Position numbers and translations under genes: made by a program. A stretch of DNA of 64,000 nucleotides from an uncultured Poribacteria bacterium. GTDB taxonomy: Bacteria; Poribacteria; WGA-4E; WGA-3G. The DNA lies in NCBI GenBank assembly GCA_951813565.1, contig OX638351.1:5152001-5216000 (forward strand). The letters run 5' to 3'. Below the pieces are notes generated by a model that saw only the letters and a list, made by a program, of their open reading frames with translations, was not told the DNA's origin and did not search any database. Positions 59,138-64,000 of the stretch are shown here, in pieces. How positions within the stretch are numbered: position 1 is the first letter of the stretch; every line of letters starts with the position of its first letter.

Positions 59138-59916
59138 CAGTTGAGTCCATGTTGTGAGTGGATTAGTTTTCCGATTCGATTGAACCGTATATTACCAATA
59201 AGTTTCCACACCTCCCATATCTTCGCGGGGCGATCCTTAAAGGACCAGTATACCATGAAGGCTTGTCCCTTAATATCATCAACATCAACAGGTCCCCACG
59301 TGCGGCTGTCACTACTCTGATCACGGTTATCTCCCATCGCAAAAACCTTGCCTTTTGGAACAGTAAACGGTTTGCCATCAGGAAATTCCCGTTTAAATTG
59401 GTTGTCTGTCAGGATAAAATCATCGTAAATTTCATTATCTTCCATGTATTTCTCTGGCTGGCGGAAAGGAGGGAAGTCACCACGTCTAATAAAACGACCC
59501 CCTACGTGCTTAGTGTAACTGCTTTCTTCAACAGCTTTACCGTTAACATATAGCGTTTTGCCCTCTGTGTGAACCGTATCGCCTTCAGCGGCTACAATAC
59601 GCTTAATGAAATTCCGATCAGTTTCGTGTGGTGGAATAAAAACAAAAACGTCTCCTCGGGCAGGCTTATGAAAATCGAAGACTCTCATATCTGTTCCAGG
59701 AATTTTAAACCCGTAAATAAACTTGCATACCAGAATCCGGTCTCCAATAAGAAGTGTATCTTCCATTGAACCGGATGGGATTTTAAATGCTTCCACAACA
59801 AAGGGACGTATAAACCCAAAAACAAGAATAAGTGCAACTACAATAACTTGGGTATATTCCCAGACGACCGTTTTCCGAAATTTCTGCCATTTTGATAATT
59901 GGATATCAGTACTCAT
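59137..59916 (-). CDS. lepB: Signal peptidase I
   Basis: IPSGSMEDTL..GD, FIKRI, MGDNRDQSSDSR. Confidence 0.93.
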   Translation of the reverse strand: MSTDIQLSKWQKFRKTVVWEYTQVIVVALILVFGFIRPFVVEAFKIPSGSMEDTLLIGDRILVCKFIYGFKIPGTDMRVFDFHKPARGDVFVFIPPHETDRNFIKRIVAAEGDTVHTEGKTLYVNGKAVEESSYTKHVGGRFIRRGDFPPFRQPEKYMEDNEIYDDFILTDNQFKREFPDGKPFTVPKGKVFAMGDNRDQSSDSRTWGPVDVDDIKGQAFMVYWSFKDRPAKIWEVWKLIGNIRFNRIGKLIHSQHGLN

Positions 59917-60038
59917 GATGTTTGAACCGCCGTAATAAGACGGTATCCCTTTCTTACTTTTACGACTTGTGTTAGTTAACTATTTGTTTGTATTCTTTTC
60001 ACACATATTGAACTCATGTTATACACATATCGTCCCTA

Positions 60039-60191
60039 CCAAATCAACGCCAAATGCGCCAAATCAAGAAATCAACGGTATGAATCATGGCGAATCATGT
60101 AGAATACCAAAAGCGTATTCTACCAAGCGCATTCGTCTTTAGTCATTCACCGGGTATGAATGCCTTTTGGCATTCCCCGTATGGCATTTGT
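60039..60191 (+). mobile_element. 153-bp nested CCAAATCAACG mini-element in a gtccc-tac-gggac palindrome; simple 34-bp version at 60243-60276
   Basis: Direct comparison of the two adjacent copies and of the inverted copy at 44241-44393. Confidence 0.75.
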
Positions 60192-60397
60192 CGGGACTAA
60201 AGATAGGGTGTTCAACGTTTTTCTATAAACATATCGTCCCTACCAAATCAACGTCAAATGCGCTTATGGCATTTGTCGGGACTGAAGAAGGAATCAACTA
60301 ATGATAAAAACTAACAAAACGTCATGCAATTGTGAGACAATATTTTACAAATAGTTATTTAGCACAACTCGTTACTTTTAGATGATTTTTCATTTTT

Positions 60398-61162
60398 TTA
60401 ACGGATGAGTTTGCCTATGCGATTCAAACGGATATTACCTACTATTTTCCATATCTCCCACATTTTTGCAGGTCGGTTGCGAGTTGACCACATAACCATA
60501 AAAGCTTGTCCTTTAATATCGTCTACATCCACAGGTCCCCATGTGCGGCTATCACTACTTTGGTCACGGTTGTCTCCCATAGCAAAGACCATGTTCTTTG
60601 GAATAGTAAACGGTTTACCTTCTGGAAATTTATGTCTGAACTGACTTTCTGTCAAGGTGAAATCGCTGTATGTTTCATCTTGAGAAAGATATTCAGAACT
60701 ACGGAACGGTGGAAAATCCTTCCGAAAATGACTATAAGGTAAGTGTTTCGTATAACTTTGTTCGTCAACCCGCTGACCATTAACATACAGTCTCTCGCCT
60801 TCAGTAAAGACTCTATCTCCTGCAACGGCAACAATACGTTTGATGAAATGGAGATTTCTCTCATGTGGTGGGATGAAAACAAAAACATCTCCACGGGCAG
60901 GTTCATGAAAATCAAAAACCTTGATATCTGTGCCTGGAATTTTAAACCCATACATAAACTTACAAACTAAAATCCGATCGCCTACGAGTAGTGTATCTTC
61001 CATAGAGCCAGATGGAATTAGATAGGCATCTACTATAAATGGACGAAAGAATCCAAAAACAAAAATAAGCGTAAATATAATGCCTTTTAATTGTTGAAAT
61101 CTGGACAATCTGGACTTGGTTGGCTGATTATGATTTTGTGTATTGCGATCCATAATTGACAT
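60398..61162 (-). CDS. lepB: Signal peptidase I, second paralog
   Basis: Same Ser/Lys catalytic motifs. Confidence 0.93.
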   Translation of the reverse strand: MSIMDRNTQNHNQPTKSRLSRFQQLKGIIFTLIFVFGFFRPFIVDAYLIPSGSMEDTLLVGDRILVCKFMYGFKIPGTDIKVFDFHEPARGDVFVFIPPHERNLHFIKRIVAVAGDRVFTEGERLYVNGQRVDEQSYTKHLPYSHFRKDFPPFRSSEYLSQDETYSDFTLTESQFRHKFPEGKPFTIPKNMVFAMGDNRDQSSDSRTWGPVDVDDIKGQAFMVMWSTRNRPAKMWEIWKIVGNIRLNRIGKLIR

Positions 61163-61221
61163 CCTTTGGAAAATCGTCCTACTTTAGGGTTATAGTAGTG
61201 TCAATTTCTATGAAATTTGTA

Positions 61222-63027
61222 TTATTCATCAGTTGCCAACATTGCTGTAAACGCTTCTTGCGGAACATCAACACTGCCAATCTGTTTGAGTCGTTTTTTG
61301 CCTTCTTTCTGCCTTTCCAACAATTTCCGTTTTCTGGTAATATCGCCACCGTAACATTTTGCAGTAACGTTTTTCCGAAGTGCTCTGACACTTTCACGGG
61401 CAACAATTTTGTTTCCTATCGCTGCCTGCACAGGAATTTCAAACATCTGCCGAGGAATTAACTCTCTCAATTTACTAACTAAACTTTTTCCACGCGTCTC
61501 CGCCATTTCGCGAGGCAAAATAGTTGAGAGCGCATCTACCGACTTCCCATTGAGTAAAACATCTAACTTTACAAGATCCTCTGTTTTGTATTCACCTATA
61601 TCGTATTCGAGTGAGGCATATCCGCGAGTAAGCGATTTGAGTTTTGGGAAAAAGTCCATCAACATCTCACTTAGCGGCAGTTCATAAAGTAGCTGCACCC
61701 GTGCAGCATCAAGTTGATTCATCCGTTTATATATACCCCGCCGCTTCTGACAAAGTTCCATCGCATTTCCGATATACTCTCGTGGAACAATTATATCTAT
61801 ATTGACATACGGTTCCTCAATTCGTTCGATATTCTGTATTTCAGGAAGATGGGCAGGATTGTCCACTAACACATGGTCACTCGATTTTAGAAATACCTTA
61901 TACATGACACTGGGTGCTGTCCGAACAAGTGAGAGTTCGAATTCACGCTCAAGTCGTTCATGGATAATTTCCATGTGAAGTAAACCTAAAAATCCACACC
62001 GAAATCCAAAACCGAGGGCGACAGAGGTTTCCGGTTCATAAGTGAAAGAAGCATCGTTGAGGCGAAGTTTATCAAGAGCCTCGCGTAGTGCATGAAATTG
62101 ATTGGTGTCTGCTGGATAAAGCCCACTAAATACAAGCGGTTTTATCTCTTGATATCCGGGAAGTGGTTGTGCGGTAGGCTGTAGATGATGTGTAATTGTA
62201 TCCCCAATTTTTGCGTGGTCTATTTCTCGAATCCCAGCAATGATATACCCAACTGCGCCCGTTTGGAGTTCAGTTGTTGGTTGCATCTGGGGCGTAAAAA
62301 TGCCGACTTCTTCTATCTCATAGGAACGTTTCGTCTGCATCAGTTGAATTTTCTCTCCCGGTGCCACACTCCCATCAAAAATGCGGGTATACATAATCAC
62401 ACCGCGATAGTTATTATAGACTGAATCAAGCACAAGTGCTTTTAGGGGAGCATTAGATTCGCCGGCAGGTGGTGGAATTCGTTTGACAACCGCCTCTAAT
62501 ATCGCTGGAATTCCGATACCGGCTTTAGCACTTACGAGGAGCGCATCATCGGCAGGGATGCCGACTACCTCTTCAATCTGTCGTTTGACTTCATCAGGTT
62601 GTGCAGCTGGCAGGTCAATTTTATTGATAACGGGGACAATCTCAAGTTCATTTTCAATTGCAAGGTATGCGTTTGCTAAGGTTTGTGCTTCAACACCTTG
62701 TGCTGCATCAACAATTAAAATTACCCCTTCGCATGCTGCGAGGCTTCGAGATACCTCATAAGTAAAATCAACATGTCCAGGAGTATCAATCAAATTGAGT
62801 TCATAGAGGTTTTCATCTTCAGCACGATATTTCAGTTTTACTGCAGTAGCCTTGATCGTGATCCCACGTTCCCGTTCCAAGTCCATTAAATCAAGCACCT
62901 GTTCCCGCATCTCTCTTTCAGCAAGCGTGTTCGTCCGCTCTAAGAGTCGGTCACTCAGTGTGCTTTTTCCGTGGTCAATATGTCCTAAAATACAGAAGTT
63001 GCGTATGTTTTGAAGTTCGGTTGACAT
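61222..63027 (-). CDS. lepA: Translation elongation factor 4
   Basis: [46 protein letters not shown]. Confidence 0.97.
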   Translation of the reverse strand: MSTELQNIRNFCILGHIDHGKSTLSDRLLERTNTLAEREMREQVLDLMDLERERGITIKATAVKLKYRAEDENLYELNLIDTPGHVDFTYEVSRSLAACEGVILIVDAAQGVEAQTLANAYLAIENELEIVPVINKIDLPAAQPDEVKRQIEEVVGIPADDALLVSAKAGIGIPAILEAVVKRIPPPAGESNAPLKALVLDSVYNNYRGVIMYTRIFDGSVAPGEKIQLMQTKRSYEIEEVGIFTPQMQPTTELQTGAVGYIIAGIREIDHAKIGDTITHHLQPTAQPLPGYQEIKPLVFSGLYPADTNQFHALREALDKLRLNDASFTYEPETSVALGFGFRCGFLGLLHMEIIHERLEREFELSLVRTAPSVMYKVFLKSSDHVLVDNPAHLPEIQNIERIEEPYVNIDIIVPREYIGNAMELCQKRRGIYKRMNQLDAARVQLLYELPLSEMLMDFFPKLKSLTRGYASLEYDIGEYKTEDLVKLDVLLNGKSVDALSTILPREMAETRGKSLVSKLRELIPRQMFEIPVQAAIGNKIVARESVRALRKNVTAKCYGGDITRKRKLLERQKEGKKRLKQIGSVDVPQEAFTAMLATDE

Positions 63028-63035
63028 GATATAAT

Positions 63036-63065
63036 AGTATACCACAATTTAGGTCAATTTATCAA
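63036..63065 (-). promoter_or_regulatory. Putative lepA promoter
   Basis: TTGATA-18 nt-TATACT with extended TG; ATG follows after 8 nt. Confidence 0.45.
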
Positions 63066-63133
63066 AAAATTGTGTATGTGCATCTTGTAGCAACACATTG
63101 CTTGTTGCGTCCCTGTCAATTCTATCTCAAAAC

Positions 63134-63165
63134 AAAGAGGCACAACATGTTGCGCCTCTTTTCTA
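63134..63165. terminator. Hairpin, possible terminator or REP, downstream of the DUF1080 gene
   Basis: aaagaggcacaacatgttgcgcctctttt. Confidence 0.45.
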
Positions 63166-63238
63166 ATTCGGTATTCAATTATCTGAACAAGGATTCCCAG
63201 GATTAGTTGGATTTCGCATGCTCAGGCCAACGGACGAA

Positions 63239-63841
63239 CTACAAAGGCTTAACCTTGATATTCCGGAACCAAAGTTTCCCGCCATGGTCTTGAAGACCGA
63301 TATGTCCTTTCCGCGGAAAATCCTTGAGGGCAATACCAAATTTGTTCCTGCTGCCATCAGGATTCTGGTGCGGTGTATCCCACAAATCCAGATCGGCACG
63401 GACAATCTCTTCGCCGTTCATTTCCACTGCAACGATGCTACCGTCGCAAGTGATTATCATCTCATTCCACTCACCTGCCGGTTTACACACGTTCCGAGTC
63501 GGTTCAAGTGCATCATAGAGTGCACCACAACAGTGTTTCGTAGCGGGTTCTCTACCGTGCGTGTCTAAAATCTGGATTTCAAGTCCTGTTTGCACGGGGC
63601 GTTGCAGGTCTTCCCAACGAATAAAAACACCACTATTCACTGTCGGCTCACTCATATACTCTAACGACAAAACAAAGTTGTCAAATTGTTCTTCTGAATA
63701 GAGCATCTGACCACCTTTGACAGTGCAGAGAATAGCACCATCATCAACAACCCAACCTTCTTCTTTACCAGTGGCACCCCATCCGTTTAGTGTTTCACCA
63801 TCAAAGAGGGATTTCCAGCCATTATTTTGATTTGCTGCCAT
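63239..63841 (-). CDS. DUF1080 (3-keto-disaccharide hydrolase-like) protein
   Basis: GWKSLFDGETLNGW, NSGVFIR, EIQILD, GEWN, GHIGLQDHG..WFRNIK. Confidence 0.9.
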   Translation of the reverse strand: MAANQNNGWKSLFDGETLNGWGATGKEEGWVVDDGAILCTVKGGQMLYSEEQFDNFVLSLEYMSEPTVNSGVFIRWEDLQRPVQTGLEIQILDTHGREPATKHCCGALYDALEPTRNVCKPAGEWNEMIITCDGSIVAVEMNGEEIVRADLDLWDTPHQNPDGSRNKFGIALKDFPRKGHIGLQDHGGKLWFRNIKVKPL

Positions 63842-64000
63842 ATTTATATTTTCCTTTCTCAAAGTGTAATACGATCTAATGCAAACTTTCCAAAAAAAGT
63901 CTACCAACATCAAGATTATATTCAAAATCTGTTGCCGACCACGGACTGTTATATCCAATAATCGGCACATAACTCTCGTGACGCGAACCGTGTGAACGCA

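Noticed and set aside
60025..60285. CRISPR-like array
   Set aside because: Units are nested rather than regularly spaced by unique spacers; no cas genes.

Overview
A 64-kb bacterial chromosomal window. The gene content (secreted WD40 propellers sharing an 'LPEGAIARLGKG' leader, sulfatases, several PhyH dioxygenases, dockerin-like and YCF48 proteins) suggests Candidatus Poribacteria or a relative; this is inference only. Main blocks: (1) 1.5-18.1 kb, eight tandem secreted WD40 genes from three core subfamilies, with near-identical gene-junction cassettes and gene-conversion-like patches. (2) 18-44 kb, accessory and metabolic genes: a sulfatase-like enzyme with Thr at the nucleophile position, HigBA, two C-type-lectin proteins, MBL, VOC, PhyH enzymes, a larA-like/ubiX/ubiA operon, a GNAT and a GHMP-kinase/nucleotidyltransferase fusion. 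(3) 44-64 kb, a propeller-PP2C sensor, dapL, dapB, lipA, selC, selB, two lepB genes and lepA. The most unexpected signal is intergenic: a family of ~34-36 bp 'CCAAATCAACG + hairpin' units inserted just before CG in REP-like palindromes and nested inside each other. Uninterrupted homologues of one target occur in the same window. MITE-like elements carrying REP cargo are also common. No CRISPR array, reverse transcriptase, integrase or transposase was seen. All functional calls come from visual motif recognition, not database searches.
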